Source: an uncultured Methylomirabilota bacterium (lineage in GTDB: Bacteria > Methylomirabilota > Methylomirabilia > Methylomirabilales > 2-02-FULL-66-22). From it: a DNA stretch of 64,000 bases. The notes under the pieces are model-generated. The model did no database searches. It was not told the origin of the DNA and was given only the letters and a program-made list of their open reading frames with translations. A program made the position numbers and the translations under genes. The stretch covers positions 3,712,001 through 3,776,000 of the forward strand of contig OY970067.1 of NCBI GenBank assembly GCA_963705305.1, in the 5' to 3' direction. This document shows, in pieces, positions 31,844-41,960 of the stretch. Position 1 is the first letter of the stretch. Each line of letters opens with the position of its first letter.

Positions 31844-32846
31844 ATGAAGCCAAGGGTTGGGTTGACACTGGGGGATCCCACCGGAATCGGGCCGGAGCTG
31901 GTGGCGAAGCTTCTCGCACAGGCGGACGCGTGGGCGGCGTGCGATCTGATTATCGTCGGGGATCGGCGGATCTTCGAGGAGGGCCAGCGCATTGCGGGGG
32001 TGCGGCCGGCTGTTCGTTTCGTCCGGCGAATCGGGGACGTTCGCTTCGGCGCTCCGGAGGTGCACTTCCTGGAATTCCCCGGTGTCCCAACGGAGGCGTT
32101 CAAATTGGGAATGCTGAGCGCCGAAGCGGGGAAGTCGACTCTCGAGGCGCTTGCCTTCACCCTGGACCTGGCGCGTGCGGGACACCTCAGCGCCATCGTC
32201 TTTGCCCCGCTGAACAAACAGGCTATGCATATGGGGGGGTCCCCGTTCCCGGATGAGCTGCATTTCTTTGCCCACCGCCTCGGGTGGAAGGGCCACGTCT
32301 GCGAGCTAAATGTGCTGGACAACCTGTGGACGTTCTCGCGTGACTTCCCATGTCGGCTTGGCCAAGGTCTCTTCCCTGGTGACGAAGAAGCGGGTGTACG
32401 AAGCAATCGAGCTGATGCACCGGACGCTGCAGCTCTCGGGCGTAATCTCGCCTCGTCTGGCGGTGGCAGCCCTCAACCCGCACGGCGGAGAAGGGGGCCT
32501 GTTCGGCGACGAAGAGACCGAAGCCATTGCACCGGGCATCGAGCTGGCGCGAGGCCGAGGCATTCGCGCCGATGGGCCGTTCCCGGCGGATACGATCTTC
32601 CTGCGTGCCAGGAACGACGGCTATGAGGCGGTCGTCTCGATGTATCACGACCAGGGGCAGATTGCCATGAAGCTGATGGGCTTCGAGCGCGGCGTGACGG
32701 TTCAGGGGGGGCTTCCCGTTCCCATTACGACCCCAGCCCACGGCACCGCCTTCGACATTGCCGGTCAGGGAAAGGCCAATCCATCGGCGCTTGAGTCGGC
32801 CCTCAAGCTGGCAATCATGATGGCAGATTATTCAAATAAAACATAA
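31844..32846 (+). pseudogene. pdxA: PdxA-family 4-hydroxythreonine-4-phosphate / threonate-phosphate dehydrogenase; +1 frameshift at about 32333 (probably an error)
   Basis: GDPTGIGPE, APLNK; second frame VTSH, LNPHGGE, MYHDQG, HGTAFDIAG; removing one T gives WTSRVTSH. Confidence 0.88.
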
Positions 32847-33017
32847 TAAAACAAATATGTTATGATGAATAAATGATGTGAATTCTATGTCCATGTCGCG
32901 CCGCGTTTATGGGATCTCACCGCCCATGTCCGACCGTCCGGAATCATGCCGGCGAGGGTATTGTCGTCGCCGTCTCGTTAAGATCCAATAAGAACACTTC
33001 CCATGAAGAATTGCGTC

Positions 33018-33067
33018 TTGACTTGACTTGAATTCGGAATATATTCAACAATGTAATTGATTACATT
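33018..33067 (+). promoter_or_regulatory. Promoter plus LacI-type operator
   Basis: TTGACT 33018-33023, TATATT 33040-33045, palindrome AATGTAAT-TG-ATTACATT 33050-33067. Confidence 0.7.
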
Positions 33068-33138
33068 CCATCGCATGAGAAAGTTCAGCGCCCAAGCAGA
33101 CCTGATATCATCCGTCTGTCGGACGCTTCGGAGAGCCG

Positions 33139-34203
33139 ATGGCGGACACCGCTTCTCCTCGCCACAACTCCGGGACGACTAGACTCAAGGATGTGGCGCG
33201 CCTGGCGGGGGTGTCGACAGCTACAGTCTCCCGAGTCCTGAATGACCTCGGTTTGACCAGTGACGTGACCCGCGAGCGCGTTCTGCATGCAGTGCGCGAA
33301 CTCGACTATCACCCAAACTGGCTGGCCCGGAGCCTGCGGAGTCGACGGACAAACACTCTGGGGCTTATCCTTCCGGATATCGAAAATCCCTTCTTCACCT
33401 CGTTGGTCAAGGGGGTGGAACGCTCGGCGTCGGCGCGGGGCTGGAATGTTATCTTCTGCAACACGGACGAGAGCATCCAGCGGGAGGAGGCCTTGGTTCG
33501 GACCCTGGCAGAGCGGAAGATCGACGGGCTGATCCTGTGTCCGGCCGCCGGTCCCCACGAGTACATGAAGCGATATCTGGAGCACGGCCTTCCCATTGTC
33601 ACGGTCAACCGCACCCTTGCAGATGTCTCTGTTCCTGCCGTGACCGCCGACAACCAGCAGGGGGCATACGAGGCGGTGCGTCACCTTCTGGCCAAAGGGC
33701 ATCGGCCGCTCGCGCTCATCCTGGGAACTCCCGGATTGAGCACGACCGAGGCGCGCCTGGCCGGATGTCGGCGGGCAGCCCAGGAGTTCGCCCTCGGACC
33801 CGAGGACCTCTACATCAGGGCCGGGTACGGGAGAACGGCCCAAGGGTTCAAGGCAACCCTGGAGAGTCTGGATCTTCATCCCCGCCCGCGTGCCGTGTTC
33901 GCCTTCAACAATCTGATGGCCGAGGCGGCGCTGATGGCGATCCATCATCGCGGCCTGAGATGTCCGGACGATGTGGCCCTCATCGGCTTTGACGATTTCC
34001 GCTCTGCCGCTGCCCTGAGCCCGCCGCTTTCGGTGGTCGAGCAGGACCCGGAAGGCATGGGGGCCAAGGCGGTCGATCAGTTGGCGCGGGTCATCGCGGC
34101 AGGAGAGCAGGCCGCGGCCTGCACCGTCATGCCGACCCGCCTGCTGATCCGGGAGTCGTGCGGGTGCTTCAGTGCGGCCGGCGGGGGCGGGAACAGCTCC
34201 TGA
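33139..34203 (+). CDS. LacI-family transcriptional regulator
   Basis: LKDVARLAGVSTATVSRVLN HTH, ARSLR hinge, IGFDD, IRESC. Confidence 0.95.
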   Translation: MADTASPRHNSGTTRLKDVARLAGVSTATVSRVLNDLGLTSDVTRERVLHAVRELDYHPNWLARSLRSRRTNTLGLILPDIENPFFTSLVKGVERSASARGWNVIFCNTDESIQREEALVRTLAERKIDGLILCPAAGPHEYMKRYLEHGLPIVTVNRTLADVSVPAVTADNQQGAYEAVRHLLAKGHRPLALILGTPGLSTTEARLAGCRRAAQEFALGPEDLYIRAGYGRTAQGFKATLESLDLHPRPRAVFAFNNLMAEAALMAIHHRGLRCPDDVALIGFDDFRSAAALSPPLSVVEQDPEGMGAKAVDQLARVIAAGEQAAACTVMPTRLLIRESCGCFSAAGGGGNSS

Positions 34204-34335
34204 GAGGGCTGAGTGAGGTCTGGATATCCCGGGCGCGGGATGGATGCGCGACACCGCGCCCGGGCGAGCCCGCTCCCCCGAGCCGGATTGGGGCGGAGCG
34301 GCTGTCTTGTGGAACCCCTAGAGAGAGGAGACAGC

Positions 34336-35655
34336 ATGATGGGAGACAAGAGGCGATCGGGAGGTCCGAAGGACGGACGGGCCATCAGCCGGCGGAGATT
34401 CCTGGGCGTGACCGCCGGCGCCACGGCGGCCCTGTCCTTCGGGACATTCCTGCGGACCGGGCTCGGGGCCACCAAGGTCAACGTCCTGACCTGGTCCAAC
34501 ACGCTGAACGCGATGGACGACATCCTGCGGGAGCAGGCCAAGCAGTACACGAAGGAAAAAGGGGTCGAGATCAGCTTCGAGTTCATCAACCAGACCGATC
34601 TCCCGACCAAGACCGCGGCGGCCGTGGAGAGCGGGGCCGGCCCGGACATCATCACGCTCTGGAGCGACGGCCCCCATCTGTACACCGACTCCCTGATCAA
34701 CATCGGCGACGTGGCCACAGGCCTGGGCAAGCAACTCAAGGGGTGGACCAACATCGCCCAGGACATCGCCATCGTCGGCAAGACCTGGAAGGCGGTGCCG
34801 TGGGGCATCATCCCGATCGCCATCAACTACCGGACGGACTGGGCGAAGGAGGTCGGCTACACCAAGTTCCCGGATACCTATGACGAGATGCTGGTCCTGT
34901 GCCGGAAAATGAAAGAGAAGGGGCACTACTCCGGCTTTGCCCTCGGCCGCTCCATCGGAGACGCGAACCAGTCCCACTACCCGATGCTCTGGGCCCACGG
35001 GGGCGCCGAGTGCAAGAAGGACGGCAAGACGGTGGATATCAATTCGCCAGGGACGGCCAAGGCCGTGGACTACGTGCGCCGGCTGTTCAAGGAGGGCGAG
35101 ACGGAAGACGTCTTCTCTTGGGACGACTCCAGCAACAACCGGGCGTTCCTGGCAGGGGAGCTGGCGGTCACCGGCAACGCGGCCAGCATCTACTGGGCCG
35201 AGAAGCAGAACGCCCCGCAGCTGCGCGCGGTGACGGACCACGCCCTCTGGCCCAAGGGCCCGGCCGGCCGCTTCGGCTACTCCACGGCGATCAGCCTCGG
35301 GATCTTCAAGTTCTCCAAGGTCCAGAAGGAGGCCAAGGCCTTCATCCAGTGGCTGCTGGAGCCGAAGCAGTACTCCGCCTGGATCGGCATGGGCGAGGGC
35401 ATGATGGCGGGGCTCCTCAACTTCTACGAGAATGACCCGGTGTGGAAGAAGGACCCGAAGTTGGAGGTCATTCGGGAGATCCCGAAGTACGTGCGCATGC
35501 CCGGCTACCCCGGGCCGCCGACCCGGTATGCCGCCGAGGCGATGGTGAAGTACGTGATCGTCAACATGTTCGCCCGGGCCTGCAGGGGGATGTCCACCGC
35601 CGAGACCATCAAGCAATGCGAGGCGGAGCTGAAGGAGATTTACTCGAAGGCATAG
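34336..35655 (+). CDS. Sugar-type ABC substrate-binding protein, Tat signal (paralog 1)
   Basis: SRRRFL twin-arginine motif, GPDI, WDDSSNNRAF. Confidence 0.9.
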   Translation: MMGDKRRSGGPKDGRAISRRRFLGVTAGATAALSFGTFLRTGLGATKVNVLTWSNTLNAMDDILREQAKQYTKEKGVEISFEFINQTDLPTKTAAAVESGAGPDIITLWSDGPHLYTDSLINIGDVATGLGKQLKGWTNIAQDIAIVGKTWKAVPWGIIPIAINYRTDWAKEVGYTKFPDTYDEMLVLCRKMKEKGHYSGFALGRSIGDANQSHYPMLWAHGGAECKKDGKTVDINSPGTAKAVDYVRRLFKEGETEDVFSWDDSSNNRAFLAGELAVTGNAASIYWAEKQNAPQLRAVTDHALWPKGPAGRFGYSTAISLGIFKFSKVQKEAKAFIQWLLEPKQYSAWIGMGEGMMAGLLNFYENDPVWKKDPKLEVIREIPKYVRMPGYPGPPTRYAAEAMVKYVIVNMFARACRGMSTAETIKQCEAELKEIYSKA

Positions 35656-35674
35656 GCCGCCTGACAGGACGGAG

Positions 35675-36598
35675 ATGCGGATGGAAACCACTACAGGGGC
35701 AGCACAAGTGCCGGCGCAGCCGCTGCTGCGCCGCTTCCTGAAGCCGGAAGCGCTGACGGGGTACTTTCTGATCTCCCCGGCGGTCTTCCTCCTCCTGGTG
35801 CTCCTGGCCTATCCCTTCGTCCTGGCCGTCTGGATCAGCCTCACCAGCCGGGTCCTGGGGGAGCCGGGGAAGTTCGTCGGACTGGGGAACTTCACCCGGC
35901 TCCTCCTGGACCCGCTCTTCCGGCAGGTCGTCCAGAACTCGTTCGTGTACACCATCACCACGGTCGCCCTGAAGATGCTGCTCGGCATCATCCTGGCCGT
36001 CCTGCTGAATCAGGAGATGCCCTGCCGCAACCTCATCCGCGGAGCCATTCTCCTGCCCTGGATCGTGCCCACCTCCCTCAGCGTCCTCACGTGGCTCTGG
36101 ATGTTCGACTCCCTGTTCAGCGTGATCAACTACATCCTGCTGGGGGCGGGGCTCATCCACCAGAAGATCCCCTGGCTGGGCGACCCCTTCTGGGCCATGG
36201 TCTCCGTCATCATCGTCAATACCTGGCGGGGGCTGCCGTTCTTCGCCATCTCGTTCCTGGCGGGGCTCATGACCATCCCCAAAGAGCTGTACGAGGCCGC
36301 CGAGACCGACGGGGCCAAATGGTTTCGCCAGTTCTGGAACATCACCCTGCCGCTCCTGGAGCCGGTCATCGCCGTGGTGGTCCTGTTCTCGACCATCTGG
36401 ACCTTCGCCGACTTCCAGATTGTCTACATCCTGACCCACGGCGGGCCGATCAACGCCACCAATATCTTCGCCACCATGGCCTACGATGTGGCGCTGGTGG
36501 CCGGGCGGATCGGCGAAGGGTCCGCCATTTCGCTCTTCCTGTTCCCGATGCTCTTGTTCGTCATCATTCTCATGCTGAAGTACATCCGCCGCGACTAG
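35675..36598 (+). CDS. Carbohydrate ABC permease
   Basis: FVGLGNF, EAA loop LYEAAETDGA, LTHGGP. Confidence 0.92.
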   Translation: MRMETTTGAAQVPAQPLLRRFLKPEALTGYFLISPAVFLLLVLLAYPFVLAVWISLTSRVLGEPGKFVGLGNFTRLLLDPLFRQVVQNSFVYTITTVALKMLLGIILAVLLNQEMPCRNLIRGAILLPWIVPTSLSVLTWLWMFDSLFSVINYILLGAGLIHQKIPWLGDPFWAMVSVIIVNTWRGLPFFAISFLAGLMTIPKELYEAAETDGAKWFRQFWNITLPLLEPVIAVVVLFSTIWTFADFQIVYILTHGGPINATNIFATMAYDVALVAGRIGEGSAISLFLFPMLLFVIILMLKYIRRD

Positions 36599-36607
36599 AG
36601 GACGCCC

Positions 36608-37456
36608 ATGCGACGAACGCGCTATCGGAGAATCCAACGGCTCTTCGGGCTGTACCTGCCCCTGGCGCTCTTCCTGGTCTTCGCCCTGTTCCCGTTCTAC
36701 TGGATGGCCCTCAGCAGCTTCAAGCCCAATTCGGAGCTGTACAACCTGCATGCGAACCGGCTGTGGATCCAGCACCCCACCCTGGACCAGTTCCGGGATC
36801 TGTTCGCCAAGACCGCCGTCCTCCGCTGGCTCTGGAACAGCTTCTTCGTCTCGTTCCTGACCTCCTTCATCTCCATGGCCTTCGGGGTCATGGCGGGCTA
36901 CGCCCTGGCCCGGCTGAAGTTCCCGGGGGCCCAGGCCTTCGGCCTGGCGACCTTCGTCACCTATCTCGTTCCCACGACCCTCATCTTCATCCCCCTGGCC
37001 AGCGTGGTCCAGTGGCTGGGCCTCTCGAACTCCATCTGGGCCCTGGTGGCGACCTACCCGACCTTCCTCATCCCGTTCTGCACCTGGATGCTCATCGCCT
37101 ACTTCAAGTCCATCCCGAAGGACATGGAGGAGTGCGCCATGATCGACGGGTGCAGCCGGCTCGGGGCCATGGTCTGGATCGTCCTCCCCATGGCCATCCC
37201 GGGGGTCATCTTCTCGGCCATGTTCAGCTTCACCCTGTCCTGGAACGAGTTCGTTTACGCCCTCACCTTCATCTCCAACACCACCCAGAAGACCATGTCG
37301 GTGGCCGTCCCCACCGAGCTCATCCGGGGGGACGCCTACTTCTGGGGGGAGCTCATGGCGGCCTCGCTGGTGGGCTCGGTGCCCGTGGCCCTGCTCTACT
37401 CCTTCTTCATGGACTACTTCGTCTCCGGCCTCACCGCCGGCGCCCTCAAGGGGTGA
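36608..37456 (+). CDS. Carbohydrate ABC permease
   Basis: EECAMIDG, SWNEF, GLTAGALKG. Confidence 0.92.
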   Translation: MRRTRYRRIQRLFGLYLPLALFLVFALFPFYWMALSSFKPNSELYNLHANRLWIQHPTLDQFRDLFAKTAVLRWLWNSFFVSFLTSFISMAFGVMAGYALARLKFPGAQAFGLATFVTYLVPTTLIFIPLASVVQWLGLSNSIWALVATYPTFLIPFCTWMLIAYFKSIPKDMEECAMIDGCSRLGAMVWIVLPMAIPGVIFSAMFSFTLSWNEFVYALTFISNTTQKTMSVAVPTELIRGDAYFWGELMAASLVGSVPVALLYSFFMDYFVSGLTAGALKG

Positions 37457-37490
37457 CCGGGTTCCCGCGAAAGCGAAAGGAGGTTCCTGC

Positions 37491-37928
37491 ATGCAGTATT
37501 TCGTTTCCCAGGCGGCACCCCGGGCTGTCCTGGTGATGTTCGACCGGGATGACTTGCTGCTCGAGGGCCTTCAGGAGGTCGTCAAGAAAGAGCGGATCGA
37601 CACGGCGGCCATCACCGGGGGGATCGGCTCTCTCCAGCGGGTTCACCTGCACACCATCACTACCACCGGCTTTCCCCCCGCCGACAAGTACTGGAACTTC
37701 ACCGGGCCCATAGAGATGGGGAGCGTCCAAGGCTCCGTCATCGGCGGGGACGTCCACGCCCACCTGAGCGTCTTCGACTGGGACAACAAGCAGACCTATA
37801 TCGGCCACCTGGAGCCCGGCAGCATTGTGGCCTACCGGGCAGAGGTCAGCCTGGCGGTCCTGGAGGGGGTGCAGACGGAGCGGTACAACGACGCCCAGGG
37901 GAATTTCCTCATCCGGCAGAAGAAGTAG
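37491..37928 (+). CDS. PPC/DUF296 domain protein
   Basis: GIGSL, E..SVQG, HAHL, GHL motifs. Confidence 0.8.
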   Translation: MQYFVSQAAPRAVLVMFDRDDLLLEGLQEVVKKERIDTAAITGGIGSLQRVHLHTITTTGFPPADKYWNFTGPIEMGSVQGSVIGGDVHAHLSVFDWDNKQTYIGHLEPGSIVAYRAEVSLAVLEGVQTERYNDAQGNFLIRQKK

Positions 37929-37943
37929 TCAGGAGGTCGGCCC

Positions 37944-38888
37944 ATGAATGTGTCTCGTATTGCGGTCGCCGGCACCGGGATGATGGGGCCGGGAATTGCC
38001 GCCACGTTTGCGCTGGCCGGCTGCGAGGCCCTGATCGTCAGCCGGACAGCCGAGAACGCCGCCAAGGGCGTGGCCGCGGCGCAGAAGCTCCTGTCCACGC
38101 TGGCGGAGAACGGTCTGGCGGATGCGTCCGAGGCCAGGGCGGCCCAGTCCCGCTTTGCGCCTTCCACCAGCCCCGAGGAGGCGGTCCGCTCCGTGCAGCT
38201 CTTCGTGGAGTCCATCGCCGAGAACCTGGAGGTCAAGCAGGACTACTTCGCGCGCCTGGACCGGGCGGCGCCGGAGACGATCCTGTGCTCCAACACGTCG
38301 GGGATCAGCATCACCAAGATCGCGGCGAAGTGCGCGAGGCCCCAGCGGGTCATGACGACGCACTTCTGGAATCCACCCTATCTCATGCCGCTGGTCGAGG
38401 TGGTGGTGGGGGAGCGCACGGACCTGGCCATCGCCGAGAGCGTCGTGGCCCTGCTCAAGGCCTGCGGCAAGGTCCCCGTCCTGGTACGCAAGGACGTACC
38501 GGGACAGCTGGGCAACCGGATCCAGCACGCCATGATCCGCGAGTGCATGCATCTCGTGGCGGAGGGGATCGCCACGGCGGAGGACGTGGATCTGGCGGTC
38601 AAGGCCGGCGTGGGGCTGCGCTTCCCGGTCTACGGGGTCTACGAGCACGCGGATCTGGTCGGGCTGGATCTGGTCAAGGCGGTGCAGGACTACGTGGTGC
38701 CCGATCTCAGCAAGGTGCAGGGAGCCTCGCCCATCCACAACGAAAAGGTGGCCAAGGGCGAGCTGGGCGCGCGGGTCGGCAAGGGGTTCCTGGATTGGCC
38801 TGCGGGGAAGGCCGAACAGGTCCGCGCCAGGCGCGACGGTTTCCTGATGCAGTTCCTGCGCTGGGAGAAGGAAGGTCGCTTTTCCTGA
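37944..38888 (+). CDS. 3-hydroxyacyl-CoA dehydrogenase family protein
   Basis: GTGMMG, ESIAENLEVK, SNTS, HFWNPP, G..GNR. Confidence 0.9.
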   Translation: MNVSRIAVAGTGMMGPGIAATFALAGCEALIVSRTAENAAKGVAAAQKLLSTLAENGLADASEARAAQSRFAPSTSPEEAVRSVQLFVESIAENLEVKQDYFARLDRAAPETILCSNTSGISITKIAAKCARPQRVMTTHFWNPPYLMPLVEVVVGERTDLAIAESVVALLKACGKVPVLVRKDVPGQLGNRIQHAMIRECMHLVAEGIATAEDVDLAVKAGVGLRFPVYGVYEHADLVGLDLVKAVQDYVVPDLSKVQGASPIHNEKVAKGELGARVGKGFLDWPAGKAEQVRARRDGFLMQFLRWEKEGRFS

Positions 38889-39079
38889 TCCTCGAAAGGT
38901 TCGGGAAGATCCAGGCCGTGATGAGCGACGCCGACGCGGTGTGCGGTCCCAAGCCCGTCTTCGCCACCAATGTAGAGACGGAGGCCAAGCCGGTCTGCGC
39001 CGACGCCCGGCCGCCCCCAGCGCCGCTGCCGGCGACGAAACCTCGTGGGGGACGACAACGTTTCCAGGGAGGCTGTGCC

Positions 39080-40399
39080 ATGAAACAGAACGCAAGACAT
39101 GCCAGCCAGCACGGCGCGGGTCGCGGGATCAGCCGGCGAAAGTTCGTCGGGCTCACGGCCGGCGCCACGGCTGCCCTTTCCTTTGGGACATTCCTGCGGA
39201 GCGGTCTGGGTGCCGCCAAGGTCAACCTTCTGACGTGGCCCAACACCTTGAGCGCGATGGACGACGTGCTGCGCGAGCAGGCCAAGCAGTACACCAAGGA
39301 GAAGGGGGTCGAGGTCAACATCGAATTCATCAGCTATAACGACCTGCCGACCAAGACGGCGGCGGCCGTGGAGAGCGGCGCCGGCCCGGACATCATCACG
39401 CTGGTCGCCAACGGCGCCTACCTGTACGCCGATTCCCTGGTGGACATCCACGACGTCTCCGAATCCCTGGGCAAGCAGCTGAAAGGTTGGACCAACGTCG
39501 CCCGGGACGTCGGCATCGTCGGAAAGACCTGGAAGGCGGTGCCCTGGAGTATCTCTCCCCAGGTGATCAACTACCGCTCCGACTGGCTGAAGGAGGTCGG
39601 CTACACGGCATTCCCCGACACGTACGACGAGATGCTGGTCCTGGCCCGGAAGCTGAAGGACAAGGGCCATCCGGTAGGCTTCGCCCTGGGCCGGGCCATC
39701 GGGGACGCCAACCAGTTCCACTACCCCTTCCTGTGGGCCTTCGGCGGCTCCGAGTGCAAGAAGGACGGGAAGACGGTCGCCATCAACTCGCCCGAGACGG
39801 CCAAGGCGGTGGATTACCGGCGGGAGCTGTTCAAGGGCGGCGAATCGGAGGACGTTCTCTCCTGGGATGACTCCGGGAACAACCGCGCCTTCCTGGCTGG
39901 CGCGCTCTCGATCACCCTGAATGCCGTGAGCATCTACTGGGCCGAGAAGAAGAACGCGCCGGAGCTGCGGGCGGTGACGGATCATGCCCTGCCCCCCAAG
40001 GGGCCGGCCGGCCGCTTCGGCTACTCCACACCGTTCAGCCTTGGCGTCTTCAAGTTCTCCAAGGTCCAGAAGGAGGCCAAGGCCTTCATCCATTGGCTGA
40101 TGGAGCCCACGCAGTACTCCGCCTGGATCGGAGAGGGCGAAGGCATGATGGCGGGGCTTCTCAACTTCTACGAGAATGACCCGATCTGGAAGAAAGACCC
40201 CAAGTTCGCGGCGTCCCAGGAAGTGGTGAAGTACTGCCGCATGCCGGGGTACCCCGGGCCGCCGACCCGCCAGGCGGCCGAGGCCATGGTCAAGTACGTG
40301 ATCGTGAACATGTTCGCCCGCGCGGCCCGCGGCACCTCCACACTCGAGACCATCAAGCAGGCCGAGTCGGAGCTGAAGGAGATCTACGCCAAGGCCTAG
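39080..40399 (+). CDS. Sugar-type ABC substrate-binding protein, Tat signal (paralog 2)
   Basis: SRRKFV; colinear and highly similar to 34336-35655. Confidence 0.9.
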   Translation: MKQNARHASQHGAGRGISRRKFVGLTAGATAALSFGTFLRSGLGAAKVNLLTWPNTLSAMDDVLREQAKQYTKEKGVEVNIEFISYNDLPTKTAAAVESGAGPDIITLVANGAYLYADSLVDIHDVSESLGKQLKGWTNVARDVGIVGKTWKAVPWSISPQVINYRSDWLKEVGYTAFPDTYDEMLVLARKLKDKGHPVGFALGRAIGDANQFHYPFLWAFGGSECKKDGKTVAINSPETAKAVDYRRELFKGGESEDVLSWDDSGNNRAFLAGALSITLNAVSIYWAEKKNAPELRAVTDHALPPKGPAGRFGYSTPFSLGVFKFSKVQKEAKAFIHWLMEPTQYSAWIGEGEGMMAGLLNFYENDPIWKKDPKFAASQEVVKYCRMPGYPGPPTRQAAEAMVKYVIVNMFARAARGTSTLETIKQAESELKEIYAKA

Positions 40400-40669
40400 T
40401 GTACTGTGTCCGAAATCCTCTTACTTATCTTGAGCTCCGGCTCTGCACCCAGGCACCGGGTCCGCGGGCCAGCCGGGTCCGGTCGCCGCGGCCTCGCAGG
40501 AACCACGTGGCCTATCGACAGGCGCTCCCCGGCGCGGCGTGCCCTCCCGGGGCATCGCCGCCGGAGCAAGGCTGGCCGGTTCCGGGTACCCGCCCGAAGG
40601 GTGGGTGTAGACCCTAGGTGCCGCGGCGCGGAGCCGGGGCGAAAGTCGGCAGATTTCGGACACACGTGA
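40400..40669. mobile_element. MITE-like element, family B, flanked by CTAG
   Basis: TGTGTCCGAAATC (40405-40417) and GATTTCGGACACA (40652-40664), each 5 bp inside CTAG at 40396-40399 and 40670-40673. Confidence 0.75.
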
Positions 40670-40673
40670 CTAG

Positions 40674-40774
40674 CGGGCTGCTGAAAGACCTGCTTTCCCC
40701 AGGGCTGTTCAGGTCGAGATGTCCCTCGACTTGGCTCGGGGCCCTGAGCGAGTCGAAGGGCCTGTCGAACGGCA
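40674..40774. mobile_element. Family A repeat, partial inverted copy 3
   Basis: Reverse complement of the right end of copies 1 and 2 (GATGTCCCTCGACTT...GTCGAAGGGCCTGTCGAACGGCA). Confidence 0.75.
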
Positions 40775-40839
40775 CTCCGGCGGGCGCCCCCGATGCGGGG
40801 CGCCCGCCGCATGCCTTTTGCGGGCTGCCCCGCGCCCGG

Positions 40840-41703
40840 TCAAGGCGGGGTTGGAGGGGCCGGCGGCATGGGTTCCGCCGGGTGCGCGAATTGCCGGATG
40901 GCGGCGAGGACCGCGTCGGCGATGGTCCAGGCCTTCTGGGAAATTGCCGAGAGCGCAGCGGGATCCCCCCGCGGATCGATGTCGACCAGCTTGGCGCCCC
41001 CCATGACCAGGAGCCCGTCCTTCACGATGCCGCGGATGATGCCCCCCACCCTGGCCACCAGGTCTCGATCCTCGACACGGCCCACGACCTGTCCGGCCTC
41101 CACGCACTGTCCGAGATCCAGAGGCGTCCGGAATATTCCCCGACAGGGTGCATAGAGGTAGCGGTCCTTGCCGTGCCCGGCGATCTCCAGCGGTTCGCCG
41201 GTATAGGCGTCCGCCTCGCCCTCCGTGATGATCCGTCCGAGGTTGGGCCCGCGGTTTGTCTCGATGACGACGTGGGCTTCCACGCCTGCCGTGAACCCCG
41301 GTCCCAACCCGATCACGAGCGGGGCATCGGTCGCGCGAGACCGGCCGCGCTCTTTCTTGCGGAGGCGGGCATCCACTACCACGCTCGGTCGGAGGCGTCC
41401 TGCGAGGCCCTCGTCGTCCGAGCCCAGGACCGGGATACCGGGCCGCGAGCGGAGAAGATCAGCGACTTCCTGGACGTCTCGGGCACGGATGGCGGTTACC
41501 CCTTCCAGGGTTACTCGTCCTTCGTAGATGGCGGAGGCGTACGCCATGCCGCGCCGCACGGTGAGAGGATGCGCCGCCTCGAGAATGGCCACGGCGTATC
41601 CGGCCAAGAATAACCGATGGCCCACCGCCGATGCGATGTCGTTCCCACCGTGGATCAGGACGATCCCGCCGACACCGAGGTTTGCCGAAGAGGATGTTTG
41701 CAT
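40840..41703 (-). CDS. yqeB: Selenium-dependent molybdenum hydroxylase system protein, YqeB family
   Basis: GG.DIAS, TVRR, IGLGPGF.AG, IETNRG.NLGR, DIDPRG, ISQKA..I. Confidence 0.85.
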   Translation of the reverse strand: MQTSSSANLGVGGIVLIHGGNDIASAVGHRLFLAGYAVAILEAAHPLTVRRGMAYASAIYEGRVTLEGVTAIRARDVQEVADLLRSRPGIPVLGSDDEGLAGRLRPSVVVDARLRKKERGRSRATDAPLVIGLGPGFTAGVEAHVVIETNRGPNLGRIITEGEADAYTGEPLEIAGHGKDRYLYAPCRGIFRTPLDLGQCVEAGQVVGRVEDRDLVARVGGIIRGIVKDGLLVMGGAKLVDIDPRGDPAALSAISQKAWTIADAVLAAIRQFAHPAEPMPPAPPTPP

Positions 41704-41781
41704 GGCCGCGACTGTAGCATGGCGGCAGGGGAGGGAGCAATGGGGCGCAGGGGCGCAGGGGGGCTGGGGTGAGGGGGAGAT

Positions 41782-41846
41782 GGTTGTAGGTGCTGCAGTT
41801 CTATGTTTGACGGTTTTAAAATCTCGAACCGTCAACCTCGAACCTG
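41782..41846. repeat. Degenerate heptamer (AACCTCG-type) repeat element, short copy
   Basis: GTGCTGCAGTTC...CGGTTTT.AAA.CTCGAACC matches about 46138-46190. Confidence 0.65.
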
Positions 41847-41960
41847 GCGAGCCACGCGAGCCCTGGGCGCCCGCCGACACCTTAGAGTGCGCGCAAGGGC
41901 CCCCCGGACGGCCCGGCCCCCAATAGACCGCCGGACCGTCCGGACTTTTCATCGCGGAAG

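Noticed and set aside
38889..39079. Long N-terminal extension of the second binding protein (ORF from 38285) and a possible second LacI operator
   Set aside because: SD and Tat signal place the start at 39080; GACAACGTTTCC matches the 33050 palindrome poorly
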